Shown: in pieces, positions 36,477-51,563 of the stretch
Layout of the letters: each line of letters begins with the position of its first letter
Numbering within the stretch: position 1 is the first letter of the stretch
Origin: Flaccisagitta enflata
Lineage: Eukaryota
Assembly (NCBI GenBank): GCA_965153355.1
Contig: OZ231126.1
Span: forward strand, 11,284,001-11,348,000
Direction of reading: 5' to 3'
DNA: 64,000 nucleotides
Notes under the pieces: generated by a model
Database searches by the model: none
What the model was told of the DNA's origin: nothing
What the model saw: the letters and a program-made list of their open reading frames with translations, nothing else
Translations under genes and position numbers: made by a program

Positions 36477-37399
36477 CAGGGTGTTTCATGCCAAATTAGT
36501 TATTAGAAAACGATGGCATTCTGCTTCTAAAAATACAAAAATAGATCTGAAAAAAATTCAAAAAGCTTATAAGCTCAGGCATTTCAAAAAAAGATTTCAT
36601 GGGTCTGGGTCAAATATTCTAGCCACAACATCAATTTGAAGTGAACTGGGCATTTGGAGGAGAAGCTCTTTGAACTTGATTTTGACTCTGAAAGTTCTTT
36701 TTTATATGCTCTCGTTTATAAATGGCTTAAGTCACAATGCCGGATTTGTTCCAAATTAAAGCTTATCAAATTTTCTTTCTTATCAAATTTTCTTTACTTT
36801 GAGACCAATCTGGCATCTGTGGCGTAATCTATTTAGAAATGAGACCAATTTAAAAGAAATCTTCCAGGATTACTATCATTGTTCCTTTTTTTGTCAACAT
36901 TTATATGCGACAATCCAAGCAGAAAGTACAATCTTAAGGTCTGCTACAGAAATAGACGGAATGGGGAAAGAAAAAAAATATAAAGAGAGATCAAGAAGAC
37001 TGGGGGGGCGAGAATCACAAGGTTTTGCTCTTTTCTTTTTCTTGGGGCTCACGTAGGAGAAGAGGGATTTAAGGACTTTGTTATTATGATCCATATGAGA
37101 ATATTGAAAGTATAATCTAGCCTTCTCAAACATCAATTGAGTCATAGCCATAAAATTCGCGTATTCGTCTGATACTCTGCCATTGGCAAAAACCAAAGGT
37201 TAATTGAAAATCAGCTGTGATTATTTATTTTACTTCATCCTGATATTATGGCTAAACTATTTTACTCAGACCAATGAAATTTTCACACAAAAAACCGGAG
37301 CTCAAGTGCTCTTTGAATTTCTTTTTCAGAACTACTTTTGCATTTGTAGAAAAAGAATGGCATCGTTTTCTCATATCTTATTTGGCATGAAACACCCTG
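36477..37399 (-). mobile_element. Internally deleted Tc1/mariner element with a decayed transposase remnant (~36895-37195)
   Basis: ta|CAGGGTGTTTCATGCCAAAT ... ATTTGGCATGAAACACCCTG|ta. The internal minus frame LYFQYSHMDH...RPPSLLDLSLYFFS...SVADLK resembles the FQQD..P.H and PP.SPDL.P motifs. Confidence 0.85.
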
Positions 37400-37997
37400 T
37401 AAATAAAAACAACTTAAACAAACAGAAGAAGATATGAAAATAAGATTTTAGCGCCTTTCAATGGCAAAAAACCGAAACAGTAAAAATAAAAACTGAAACT
37501 TAATGTTGTAATCTCGGTAACTTTGGACCAATATCAAGCATATTCCCTCGATTGATGGCCGAACGCACAACATAGAACAACATGTTTTACAGAAATAGGT
37601 GACTTATGATTTTGGTTAGTCTTTTTTCTCATTTTCACACTTCTACAATTAATGGTTAGTTTAACTAATCACAAAATGTTGCATAACTCATAAAATGTTT
37701 GAAATAGGGTGGTTACCCAAGGGCCTTGATGAATGGATATTTTAGAATTCAACGTTCGGTTAATCATGTATGAATGATTCAGACAAGCAGAGGCCAATAT
37801 TTAATCAAGGAACCCGCACGACAACACTAATGGCTTTCAATGAAATGAATGATTCGATTCTTGCATCGTGTTGCCTTGCGGACTCCCATTTTATTACCGA
37901 CCTCTGCTTGTCTGATCCACCTAATGTGTATAGCCTATTGTATGACAAAGTTTAAATTCTACCCATTAAAAAAAAAACTACTTAGTGTGGAAGACAT

Positions 37998-38309
37998 CTT
38001 ATCGCATTTCTCCTATTTAGCGTCCCCTCCCTAAGTAGCGCCCCCTCTTATCAGAAAAAGAAAAACATGCTACAGCTATACAAACTTCAAATCTTTTTAT
38101 ATCATTTCATGGAAAAGAATGAGAACATTAAAATGTTTCAAATTAAAGAATTTTTTTCCTTTTGTCTTTGCTTTTTTTCACTATCTGTCTTCTTTTATCT
38201 TTAATTCTATACTTTTTTTAAAAGACGATAGGATCTAATGAGGGTAAAATGGCATAGTCAAAAAATGGTTTTACAAGCACCCGGGGGGTTATTTAGGAGA
38301 ATTAAGGTA
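37998..38309. mobile_element. Degenerate pogo-like MITE
   Basis: TTCTCCTATTTAGCGTCCC / GGGGGTTATTTAGGAGAA imperfect inverted ends. Confidence 0.5.
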
Positions 38310-38691
38310 TCTTGTTTCTAGACATTGAGGATCCTGTAAAGTGTTCACAGAAATGGTAAATTAGAAAGTTGGAGCGGCGGCATTCAGAGAGCCATTCAAA
38401 AAAAAATCGTCGTTTTTTAAAAAAAACTATGCTATGTTGTCTACTTCAATTCAAATTTAACATTGAACCCAAAGATATTTTGGCAATTATTCGTAGGATT
38501 TTAATTGTCAGGTAAAAAAAGCATGTAACGATCTGAGATGAGAAAAAAACTCTCTTTCTTTTTTATTTGAATACCGCCATTCAACAGTATTCTGACAGAC
38601 ACCTGTTACCGCTCTGGCTCTTGGTTTTAAAAATTCAGTTGTTCGTAAGCCAATTTTATCAAGTAACGAAAAATTGCAAGAAAAAAAGAGT

Positions 38692-39147
<456 letters not shown>

Positions 39148-39339
39148 TGATCAAATATTGGATCCCACTCAACAACATCAGGTAGAGAGAGAAAAAAGTC
39201 AACCAATTTCGCTATGGTAAGAGAACACGAAAAAGAACCAAATTCATTGATTTATATTTCGTGTTCACGATCAAGGATCGCAATTTGACTTTTTAAAACC
39301 GCACAAAAGAGACCATTTATAAAAGTTTTAAAAGACCTT

Positions 39340-40038
39340 GTAAATAGTCGATAAAGCGTTAGATAGTCAGCTGAACCCGTTGCCCCAATGACAGTGTATG
39401 TTGGTGTGGGGTGGTTAGAGGGGCGGCGGCGAAAGGCAAGCGGCCACTTATGCTGTTTATTTGAGCAAGGCAGGAATTAGGGCTGAAAGGCTGGGATATG
39501 AGCACTTTGCAGCTGGGATTTGGCTTGGAGCTGGGATTAGGCGCCAGTAATATTTGGCCTCAAGGGTTTGGGATTTGGCCTCGATGCTGGGATCTCGGCC
39601 TTGAGGCAGGATTTGGGCCTCAAGACCGGCATTTGGGCCTCGAGGCTGGCATTTGAGCCATAGGACAGGATTTGAGGCGCCGAGACTGGGATTTGAATTT
39701 TGAGGCAGGTTTTGAGCCTAGAGGCTGGGATTTGGGACTCAAGGCTGAGATTTGAAGCCTTGAGGCTGGATTTAGCCTTGAGGCTGGATTTGAGCCTTGA
39801 GACTAAGATTTGAGCCTTTGAGGCTGGGATTTGAGCTTTGAGGCTCAGATTTGAGCTTTGGGGCTGGGATTTGAGCCTCTAGGCTAGATTTGGGCACTTG
39901 AGACTAGGATTTGAACCTTGAGACTAAGATTTGAATACCAAACCAGGGGACGTAGAAGAAAAGAGAAGGAGAAGGAGGAGAAATTTCTCACTGTGTGAAA
40001 GCATAGGTCATCGGCCCCTTCAGGGCCGCTGCCCAAAA
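39340..40038 (-). mobile_element. HINE family H2-A with a ~21-bp internal array (GAGGCTGGGATTTGAGCCTT)
   Basis: Family ends AATAGTCG..AAGCGTTAGAT and AAAGCATAGGTCATCGGCCCCTTCAGGGCCGCTGCCCAAAAA. Confidence 0.85.
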
Positions 40039-41552
40039 AGCAGAATTGATGAACTTTTTTCTCTCTCTGCGCGTCTCTTATGTGGGCCCCAAAAATGAGA
40101 GACCATGTACCACGCGTATAAAAAAAAGACAAAAAAAAGACGCACTTTTGAATGGCTATTTGTAGAAATACATTTCACAAATACCATTTCTAAACCATTG
40201 GAATGCCCATTAAAAGTACAATGTTGTTGCGGACGGGTGGGCAGCGGCATCCTAACCGCATCCACCCCCCCCCAACACTCAAACATACACAAAAAGTCTC
40301 TACAACACAAGTGGTTATCAAAAATTTAGGCAAAATTGTTTGTTTTTGCTTCTCTGCACTGAACTCTCCATCATGAAATTACAAATCGTTTTCAGTACTC
40401 GTTTTCCCACTTTTCAACTCAATGACCCTGGAAGGACGGACGAACGGACAAAGCCTGTTAAAGAATTGTGTGTCTGCAACTAAAAATTCATTTGCTATCT
40501 TTTTATATCTGTGTAATTAATGAAAAGAAGGGTGTCTTTTTTTTAAACTCGTGTGGTACATCGAGGATTGCAAGATAGAGAGATGCTTTATGGGACTTGA
40601 TGTGTTATTTATTTCCCTACCCTCGGATTCAAGCATCGCCGTTTGTCATTAACCTCCTTCTACTTGTAAAACTAGGCCCTCTGATCTTCTCCTTTGTTAA
40701 GGGGCAGATCGCTACTTTTCGGTCGGTGGGCAGATTGGCAGCTGGGTAGCATATTTTCAGGATGGGAAGCATATTTTCAGGATGGGAAGCATATTTTCAG
40801 GATGGGAAGCATATTTTCAGGATGGGATGGAGTTTTAAGCTTGATCATGATCTTGATCTTGATCTTGATCTTCCTTCGTCTTTCGTCGTTTCTTTCTGTG
40901 CTTCTGCCCCTGCCCAAATTCTTGATTTGCTTTCAATCCTACTCCTACCCATTCGTGTTCCTGTGACTGACGCCATCTGGCCCTTAAAAAGTTTCTTCCT
41001 GTATCTCGGCTCCTTTCCAAACGCTTAATCAGCCTTCAATGCTACCCATACTCATTAAGGCGGCTTCCTAAGGGTATTGATGAGTGAATATTTCAGAATT
41101 GGACATACAGTTAACCATGTATTCGATTTTAAATTCATAAATGAAATCAAAACGAAGGAGGCCAGTATCTGATCAAGAAACCTGCACGGCAACACAAATG
41201 AGTTTCTATGGACTAAAAAATGCCTGTATAGATACTCTGCCGTGTGTGTTCCCCATTCAAACACCGACCTCTACTTGACTTCTGTTCTAGAGGCCGCTAA
41301 GCGTGTATGGTAAATTGTATGACGAATTTAAAATTTTGACCAAACATCACCCCTTGAGGAACCAGCCTTCTACTCCTTTGAATTCCCGCGACTAAGGCCA
41401 TCAGGCCATCTTTCTGCTGCTCCTTCCCATTGAACAATGCCCTAATCAATGCTCTCAATGTTTCTCCTTACACACAGCTTCACTTCATCCCTCGTGTCAG
41501 TTTATTTTCAACTTCAAGCCTAGATCTTTCATCACATACTGGTTTCTAACCT

Positions 41553-42130
<578 letters not shown>

Positions 42131-43514
42131 CCCTACATTTCATCGCAGACCAGGTTACCCCCCGGCCCCCCGCCTTTGACGGATACGAGCTTACTAAATA
42201 TTTATGCTAGTTTACGAATAATGTTCACCTTTTATCCTCCGCCTTCGGGCCACAACACTCTATTACGGGACAATGACCTAAGAGCTTACACATTGATTAT
42301 CTATCCAATTTAACCCATAGATTTTCCCATCATTAAACGGGAGTAAAGTTCGATATGAATGGAAGTATAAAGATCCCGTTAATTTTTATTTGATACAGTT
42401 GTAGATAACAATATCTTAATTCTATACAAATTATTATAAACTCCTTGGTAAAAACGGAGATCAAACTTAAATGTAAATCGCACAACATTACTACTCAAAC
42501 CCAAACAACCGGGGGATGAGAGCCTTTGGAGGTTTCAATGATGTTCACCGTTTTTGAGTCTTTGAGTCTTTGATTGTCCAAACAGGTCAGGTAGGATGGT
42601 TGTGCCTTTTCGATCATGGGCGAAAGGAGGAAAGCTCCCTTTTTGTATCCTTTCTTTTTTCTTTCCTCTCTAACACAAGTCGTTCTTGCTTCCATTTCAA
42701 CTTTCCTCAACACACGTTAATAAGAGGCGGTGCCCGTCGGTCGGTCAGTCGGTTGGTGGGTTGGTAACTAGTTTGCTGGACGCTGGCGCACGTACCGAGA
42801 ACTGCGTTGTGGTTTCAAAGTTGAGTTTTACCCTGAGCGCGTCCAATTCATTGTTCTTGTTCTTGGCCGTGTTTCTGTCTTCGTTCTCATCCTTGGTTTT
42901 GAATTTGTCCCAGGTTCGATTTTAACCTGGTCAGTAGCCCGCTGGTCACGTCCTTGGATCTGAGAGTGAGACAAATTTGATTTGGGAACCGGCCTTCAAT
43001 GAAAATGGTAGCTCTTTACGTTGCTGTGTGAGTCTGTCGGTTGCAGGGGCAGTATCGCGGTTGTGCAGTGTGGGCGGGGGCTGCAACATGGCTGGACAGG
43101 GGCAGTCCTGCTCTGAAATCACAATTTCAGCCGATTTCATGTCATGCCATATTCTGCCTCATGTGGAATCGCTGAGCGAGCGACTAAAAAGCGCAGCTCA
43201 TCAACAACTCATTATCGTTCTTCTTTTTTTCGGATGTCATCAGCACATCATCACATGCTTTGCAATTCTTATGAAGAATCGAAGATGCTGATATTTCTCG
43301 TTTGTCTTGTTTTTCGGGGGGGGGGGTCGAAGTGAACAGTTCTGAAATGACACGACGAGTACGAGCTTCACTCTCGTTGTTGATTCAATTCAGCAGTCGG
43401 ACAATTATGATGTAAAATGATATCATAATTCGAAAGATACCTTTTTCACTAGATGAAGTCATTCATCAGTTCAAACAGTCAAGCCAGACCCTCACGATCG
43501 CATTTGAAACAGCT

Positions 43515-43718
43515 TTTTAGTTGCGGACACGCAACTCTATAAGAGCCTTGTCCGTCCGTCGGTCCGTCAGTCGGTCGGTCGGTCGGTCCATCGGTCGGTC
43601 CATGGACACTAGTCGAAAAGTGAGAAAATGAGCGTTTTAGAACATTTTTAATTGCGGACAGTTGCATTTCCGCCCCTGCCCACCCATCCGCAACTGATGG
43701 CCGTGTATCCGGCCTTGT
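43515..43718 (+). mobile_element. HINE H1 full-length copy
   Basis: TTTTTAGTTGCGGACACGCAACT, (GTCC/GTCG)n tract, CCGCAACT and GGCCGTGTATCCGGCCTTGTT. Confidence 0.9.
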
Positions 43719-43825
43719 TTTGGATCTCTATTGAGGTCATGTTCGTCCTTTGATCAGTCTGTTTAACGCTTTAGAGAGGAACCCGAAAAATATTCATATT
43801 CACCACCACAACTAAACGTGCGTCT

Positions 43826-44135
43826 TCATTCATTCATTCATTCATTCATTCATTCATTCATTCATTCATTCATTCATTCATTCATTCATTCATTCATTCT
43901 TTCATTCATTCATTATTTCATTCATTCATTCATTCATTCATTCATTCATTCATTCATTCATTCATTCATTCATTCATTCATTCATTCATTCATTCATTCA
44001 GTAGTTCATTCCTTCATTCGTTCATTAATTCATTCATTCATTCATTCATTCATTAATTTATTCATTCATTCATTCATTCATTCATTCATTCATTTATTCA
44101 TTCATTCATTCTTTATTTCAGTAGTTCATTCATTT
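43826..44135. repeat. (ATTC)n microsatellite
   Basis: Seen directly in the sequence. Confidence 0.95.
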
Positions 44136-46044
44136 TTTCAGTTAATATTTATTTCATTGCTTTATTCAATAATTCAAGACGCATTTGTTGGCCCACTTGG
44201 CCTTGTTTTAAGTTCGAAACTTAACCATATTTCACCAAAAAAAGTGTTATGATGTGATAAAGATATTCTGTAACATCTTTCATCCATCCATCTTGAATTC
44301 GTTCCCGATGAAAGGAGGCTTTTCAACTTTCCGTCGCTGAAGTCTGTTTACTTTTTAAAACCGTTGTTTCAAGTTTTATGAAGTAGATACTCACAATTTG
44401 TTGCCGAGCAACACACGTGGATTCAATACCTTTTTGAGAAAATGCCGATGATCATTCATATCATTTTCAAGCTCGGCGAAATGGACTTCATAATCATCAG
44501 TGAACTGTGATGGCTCCGTCACTCAGTCTGTTGATCTGTCAGTCTGTCAGTCGTTAAGAACGTTCATCTGATTTCTCGTTTCTCCTTGTTTTAAGCTGCG
44601 AGGATGTCACGTATCAGGTCAAACACGCAGATACACACTGTCAGGATGCATCATGGCCTGATCTGGCATCTTTTTCGCCTCACCATATCCCCTGCACAGA
44701 TGCAATTGACTTATGTTGCCATACGCTGGTCTTTGTTTTTGCTTCCATAACCCAAATGAGCCATGTGGCTCCCGAGTGCGCTACCAACTTTTACAACCTC
44801 TTCCAATTTTCAACTTCAGTTTTTACGTTTGTTTCTCCTGCGTTATCACCAATAATTTTGTTTTTAGAATTTCAGAGCTCTACCATTGTTCTCAATGCAG
44901 CAAGAGCACGCATCTTGATTGAAATGGGAGCAGGATGGATGGATGGATGGATGGATGGATGGATGGATGGATGGATGGATGGATGGATGGATGGATGGAT
45001 GGATGGGGGAGCGGTTCTTATCCACATAAGTTGTTTCAGCAATTAACAAGTTAGGGACTAAAAGGGGGGGGGATTCTAATTTCTAAACCAGTTGTGAACA
45101 AGCACATGCTTGGAAAAAGAGAGCTAACTAGAATTTAGACGAACGAATAATCATTTATCAGTGGACCAACGCGACGGGGCCAAAGACTGCCTAAAAATCG
45201 CAAAAGTGCATCCAGATCCATAAAAACAAGGCCGGATACACCACAATCGTGGCCATGGTTGGGCAGGGAAAGAAATGCGAAAACAGCTGGCAAAAAAAAA
45301 TAAGGTCAAGTTGGCCAATAAGGTGCGACGTGTGGATCATCAAACAAATGCGTTACCAACAGACAGACAGACCAACGGACAGAGCCAGTTATAGAGGTGC
45401 TTTGTCGCACCTAAAAATGTGATGGACAGATGGATTTACGGACGGACCAACAGGACAACGTGTAGAGTCACGTGTCCGCGACTAACTAAGCCGAGAGATG
45501 GTCCATGGAAGCTGAAAAACAAACAGAATAAAAAACTTAAAGATTACATCAATTTTACTTTAATGAATGAGAGAGAACCATCAAACATTCAATATTCATT
45601 GCATTACGCATATCACCACCATAAGTCCATAACCATTTACCATTAACCACATACAGACGGATATGCCTACCTTGGGATACTCCCTCTCATAGACATGAGA
45701 AGACGCATCTAAAAACGAGAAAGAGAAAGAGAAAGAGAGAGAAAAAGAGAAAGAGAGAGAGAGTTAAGAAAGATGAGAATCAAAAATTGAGTTTTATGGC
45801 AAAAAGGAATCATCTTTTTTTTTCTCTCTCTTAATCAGCCCCCCCAAGATCGCAATCAGTACGTTGTTATATTCCCATAGTTATCTTTTTTTTATTCTTG
45901 TAATTTATTATTCTTTCGTCCCAGCAGCGTGTTGAATTTCTATGTTTACATGTCGCTTTAATAATGGATAACTCAGGAGGATTCTGATTGTATCGCGCGT
46001 CTACAAACTTAATGAAGAATCAATGAATATTGAATGAATGAGGA

Positions 46045-46286
46045 ACAAGGTCGGATACACGGCTACCCAAGTCGCGTGCGGGTGGGCAGGGGCCATGTTT
46101 GAGGCCACTCCATCATGTGGGCAGAAGCAGTGAGGCCAAAGACCGCAAAAACTCAAAAACAGTAAAGTGTGACAGACGGACAGACGGACCGACGAACGGA
46201 CGGACGGACGGACGGACGGACGGACGGACCGACGGACCGACGGACCGACAAAGCAGGTTGTAGAGTCGCGTGCACGCGACTAAAAA
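46045..46286 (-). mobile_element. HINE H1 full-length copy
   Basis: AACAAGGTCGGATACACGGCTACCCAAGTCGCGTGC ... (GGAC)n ... AGTCGCGTGCACGCGACTAAAAA. Confidence 0.9.
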
Positions 46287-46870
46287 TAAGACGATGAATA
46301 TAATGATGATTGTGTAATTTAGTGATGACTGTGTTAAAGAATGTGTCTGGCGTATCATACGTCACGTATGTGTTGAACAAGGCCGGATACACGGCTATCC
46401 TATTCGCTTGCGGGTGGGCAGGGTCAGTGATGGAGAAGTTTACCGAAGCATTTGGGCAAGGGTAGCGAGCTCAAAACGCTAAAAAAAAGTAAAATGGGGA
46501 CCGGCCGACCAACCAACCGACCGACCAACCGTAGAGATACTCCCTACCTTGAAAAGCGCAAAAATATTCATCACATGAATTTTGAATAAATCTTACATTT
46601 TACTCTTTTTACAAACGTTCAAAATATTCTTAAGAGGAAGAAGAAGAGCGAGACTCGGGCCTATCCAATTATCCGTTTTAGCCCTTTCAACTTTGTTTAT
46701 TCAGCCTCAAACATTGCAGACATTTGCAAGGAAGCGATGGTGTGGATTTGAATAATTGCCTTTCCTATTTCTTATCAATTTTCCTTTTTTTTGTTTCTGC
46801 TCTCTTTTTGTGTATGTTGCCTCTCATACTATCTTTTTGTGTGTCAGTCAGTCTGTCTCACTATTTGTCC

Positions 46871-47096
<226 letters not shown>

Positions 47097-47228
47097 ATAT
47101 AACCAATGGATTACTGTACGTCGGAGAGTGGGAGTCGCGGAAGATCAAAGTCTTTCGATTAGAAGATGGAGAATATCTCAAAGACATTGTCCCCCAAGGC
47201 ATCGTGCATGGCATCACGGCGACATCTG
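47097..47228 (+). CDS. Internal exon of an NHL/YWTD-type beta-propeller protein; possible terminal exon at 48146-48159 (GGFP*)
   Basis: (tc)n-cag|ATATAACC...CATCTG|gtacgt, 132 nt, phase 1-1. Encodes DITNGLLYVGEWESRKIKVFRLEDGEYLKDIVPQGIVHGITATS, which fits the D..G.LYV.....I.VF..DG.yl blade pattern. Confidence 0.75.
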
Positions 47229-47240
47229 GTACGTCATCAA

Positions 47241-47241
47241 G

Positions 47242-47332
<91 letters not shown>

Positions 47333-47451
47333 CGTCGTCGTCGTTGTTGTTGTTGTTGTGGTTGTGGTTGTGGTTGTGGTTGTGGTTGTGGTTGTTGTTG
47401 TTGTGGTTGTGGTTGTGGTTGTGGTTGTGGTTGTGGTTGTGGTTGTGGTTT

Positions 47452-47495
<44 letters not shown>

Positions 47496-47500
47496 TTTGT
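47241..47500. repeat. (GTT)n/(GTGGTT)n microsatellite just after the splice donor
   Basis: Seen directly in the sequence. Confidence 0.95.
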
Positions 47501-47611
47501 TGTATTGATACTTAACATTGCCCGTGAGCTGAAATTGAAAAGTTGCGGCTTAGCTACTTTGCCTCCTCTTTAACTAAATGGACCGGAAAAAAAGTGTTAA
47601 AAGTGCTAAAA

Positions 47612-47995
47612 GGATGATGACAGGAGACGGTGAGGATGACAGGAGACGGTGAGGATAACAGGAGACGATGAGGATGACAGGAGACGGTGAGGATGACAGG
47701 GGACAATGAGGATGACAGGGTACGGTGAGGATGACAGGAGACGGTGAGGATGATAGGGGACGGTGAGGATAACAGGAGATGGTGAGGATGACAGGAGACG
47801 GTAAGGATAACAGGGGACAGTGAGGATGACAGGAGACAGTGAGGATAACAGGGGACGTTGAAGATGACAGGAGACGGTGAGGATGACAAGAGACGGTGAG
47901 GATAACAGGGGACGGTGAGGATAACATGGGATGGTTAGGATGACAGGAGACGGTGAGAATGACAAGAGACGGTGAGGATGACAAGAGACGTTGAG
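47612..47995. repeat. 19-bp minisatellite (GAGGATGACAGGAGACGGT)n, about 20 units
   Basis: Direct reading. Confidence 0.95.
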
Positions 47996-48672
47996 GAAAA
48001 GATAATTTAACACGGGGTTATAATATCCACGCTGACGAAAAGAGGGGGGGGGGAGGAAAAGCCCAGGTTGTTTCAATTATAGAATTATAGAATTGGAGAA
48101 TTCTGGCCTCCTTTTGTAAGGGCAATATTGTTTCAACTTTCATAGGTGGATTTCCATAAAAAGCAGACATGAATTGATGACGATGTTGGTTGACTACATT
48201 TGTTGTTGAAAGAACAAATATATATCCATTACCAAAGAGCTATTATATCGTTCAGAGGAAGGAAGATGGACAAAAGGAAAGAAAAATAGAAAGTAAAAGT
48301 GAATCATTGATGGAAGGGTGAACAGAAAGGAAGAAATGGAGGAGGAGGGGAGAAAGGAAAGATGGAAAAGAGGAAAGAAGGATAAATGGAAGAGAGAAAG
48401 TTAAGATCGGACATCTCGTCATAATAGGCTACCTTGTAACTTATGCCGCATGAATCAAATATTCGCCACAACCTTCATTCATTTTTTACTAATTCATGGT
48501 TCTTCAATAGTTGGCCGCGATGCCCTCGGGTGTTAACCAATACCCTCAACTCGTTCTATATTAACGATACCCACGCATTTAAACCGCTCACTTCATCTCG
48601 CCATTTCATTCCACATACACCTGCACAGGAATATTTAAACACGAGCAGAGTGATTGTTCAAAGGATGAACAG

Positions 48673-50346
48673 AATAGTCGCAAAAGCGTCAGATGGTCAG
48701 CGGTACCCGTGCCCTGCCTGAGTAGATTGTGCTTGAGGTTGGAGGGAGAGCAGGGAAGCGGCTGCAAAGAGGTCGATGACCTATGCTTTCACACATATGG
48801 TGAATTTTCTCCTTCTCCTCCTCCTGGGATCAGGCCTCCTGGCCTTTGAGGCTTAGATTTGGGCCTCCAGGCTAGAATTTTGGTTTTTGGGCAGCGGCCC
48901 CAAAGGAGCCAATGTCTGAGATACAGAATTCGAGGCGTCAAATCCTTCCGTCCGTCCGTCCGTCCGTCCGTCCCCTTGTTACTTTTTTTAGTTGGCTATA
49001 TATATAGTTATATATATATTTTGCTCTCTCAGGCCTGATTTTGGCCCTCTGAGCTATCAGAATAGGCTGAATAGCCCTTTCAGACCTCAGTTTAGCCCAT
49101 GAGACCTTAAATCAACTCTCCAGACCTCATATCTGCCCTCTAGACCTCAAATTAGCCCTCCATACCCCAAATCCACCCTCCAGGCCTACCATCAGCTCTT
49201 CAGGCCTCAAATTTGTGCTCTGGGCCTCAAGCCTGCCCCTCAAATCTCAAATCTACTCTTTAGAACCTAATTCTGCCCTCCAGGATTCAAAACCGCCTTC
49301 AATGACCTCTATCCATCTTCTCAGACCTAATATACCTCAGGACGTTTCGAAATTCCCACCTGTGTCCTACAGGACATCGGCCCTTTGGGGCCGCTGCCCT
49401 GCTCTCTCTCCACTACTTAACTTGATCACTCCAAGCAGGGCATCGGGTACCGCTGACCATTTGCGATCCTTGGATGACTAGTTAGGATTTGGGCCTCGAG
49501 GCTAGGATTTGGGCCTCGAGGCTAGGATTTGGGCCTCGAGGCTAGGATTTGGGCCTGGAGACTGAAATTTGGGCTTCGAAACTGGGATTTGAGGGAGGGA
49601 TGGAGAAGAAGCAGGAGGAGGAGAAGGAGAAAATTCCCCATATGTGTGAAAGCTTTGGTCATTGAACCCTTTGGGGCCACTGCCCAGAAGGAAGTAGTGA
49701 TACGTAGGAGGAAAGGATGGAACTTTGAGAGATGATAGTTGCAAAAGAGTTAGATGGTCAGCTGTACCCGTTGCCCCTATGTGAATGTATGTGGGTGTGA
49801 GTTGGTTAGAGGGGCAGCGGCCCCAAAGGGGCTGATGTCCTCTGTGTTTATTTGGGCCTCAAGGATGGAATTAGGGCCTGGAGGCTGGAATTGGGGCCTT
49901 GAGGCTTGGATTAGGGGCTGGAGGCTGAGATTTGAGCTTCGAGGCTGGGATTTCAGCTTCAAGGCTGAGATTTGAGCTTCAAGGCTAGGATTTGAGGTTT
50001 GAGGTTGGGATTTGAGCTTTGGGGCAGGGATTTGAGCTTGGAAGCTGGGATTTGAGCTTCTAGGCTAGGATTTGAGCTTCAAGGCGGGGATTTGTGCCTT
50101 GAGACTGGGATTTGAGCCTAAGGACTGGGATTAGAGCCTCAAGGCTGGGATTTTAGCCTGGAGACTGAGATTTGAGCTTTGAAGCGGGGATTTGAGCCTC
50201 GAAGCTAGGATTTGGGTCTCGAGACTAGGATTTGGGCCTTGAGGGGGGGGGGGATGGAGAAGAAGGAGAAGAAGAAGAAGGAGAAGGAGAAATTTCCCCT
50301 ATGTGAAAGCATAGGTCATCGGCCCCTTTGGGGCCGCTGCCCAAAA
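48673..50346. mobile_element. H2 cluster: H2-A (48673-49685) interrupted by an antisense H2-B (48884-49481), followed by a second H2-A (49735-50346)
   Basis: Family termini and 21-bp arrays are present. The host array resumes after ...GGATGACTAG|TTAGGATTTGGGCC. Confidence 0.85.
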
Positions 50347-50846
50347 GGAAGGAAGGAAGGAAAGGTAAGGAAAGGATGGAGGGGAGGAAGCAAGCAAGGA
50401 AGCAAGGAAGGAAGAAAGGAAGGAAGGAAGGAGGAGAGGAAAGTTCATTGAATGATAAAAGAAAAGAAGATAGGATAGGTGAGGAAAGAAAGGAAGGAGG
50501 GAAGTAAGGAAAGAAGGAAAGACGGTAGAGAAGAAAGAAGGAAGAAATGAAGGACCTTTGAGGAAGCAAGAAAGGAAAACGTAAGGAAAAGAAGGAAGGA
50601 AGGCGTCTTTTTTCTTTTTTATTCGCGTGGTAAACGTGCATTGGCTTTTGTGAGAATGGAGTTCATGAATGATTGATTGATTGATAGACTGGATGTTCAA
50701 AACTGCGACCCGAGAGCCAAAGCAAAACAACAGACGGTTGGATGTGGGAGAAAAGCACAAATGGGCAAGTAATGAAAAATAAAGAAATAAAGAGAAAGAG
50801 GAGGTGGTATTGTTGTATATAAGCTCCCTTTCGCCGCCTCAGAGAT

Positions 50847-51504
<658 letters not shown>

Positions 51505-51563
51505 CCTATCTTCCAACCTAGAACTCATATCTCTTTCTTCCGCCTCGTCAACGAGTCGGAAGC

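Larger units (their letters stand above)
42500..45195 (-). pseudogene. Possible decayed atlastin/GBP-like (GB1/RHD3 GTPase) pseudogene, disrupted by HINEs
   Basis: One clean exon at 44504-44395 (cag|...|gtgagt; FTDDYEVHFAELENDMNDHRHFLKKVLNPRVLLGNK) plus collinear fragments with stops or frameshifts. The family assignment is by eye only. Confidence 0.35.

Noticed and set aside
47229..47485. Poly-Cys/CG 'metallothionein-like' extension of ORF 46724-47485
   Set aside because: It lies after a strong gtacgt donor and is a pure (GTT)n/(GTGGTT)n repeat.
47554..48076. Ser/Pro/Cys/His repeat ORFs
   Set aside because: They come from a 19-bp minisatellite whose unit is not a multiple of 3 and is open in all three minus frames.
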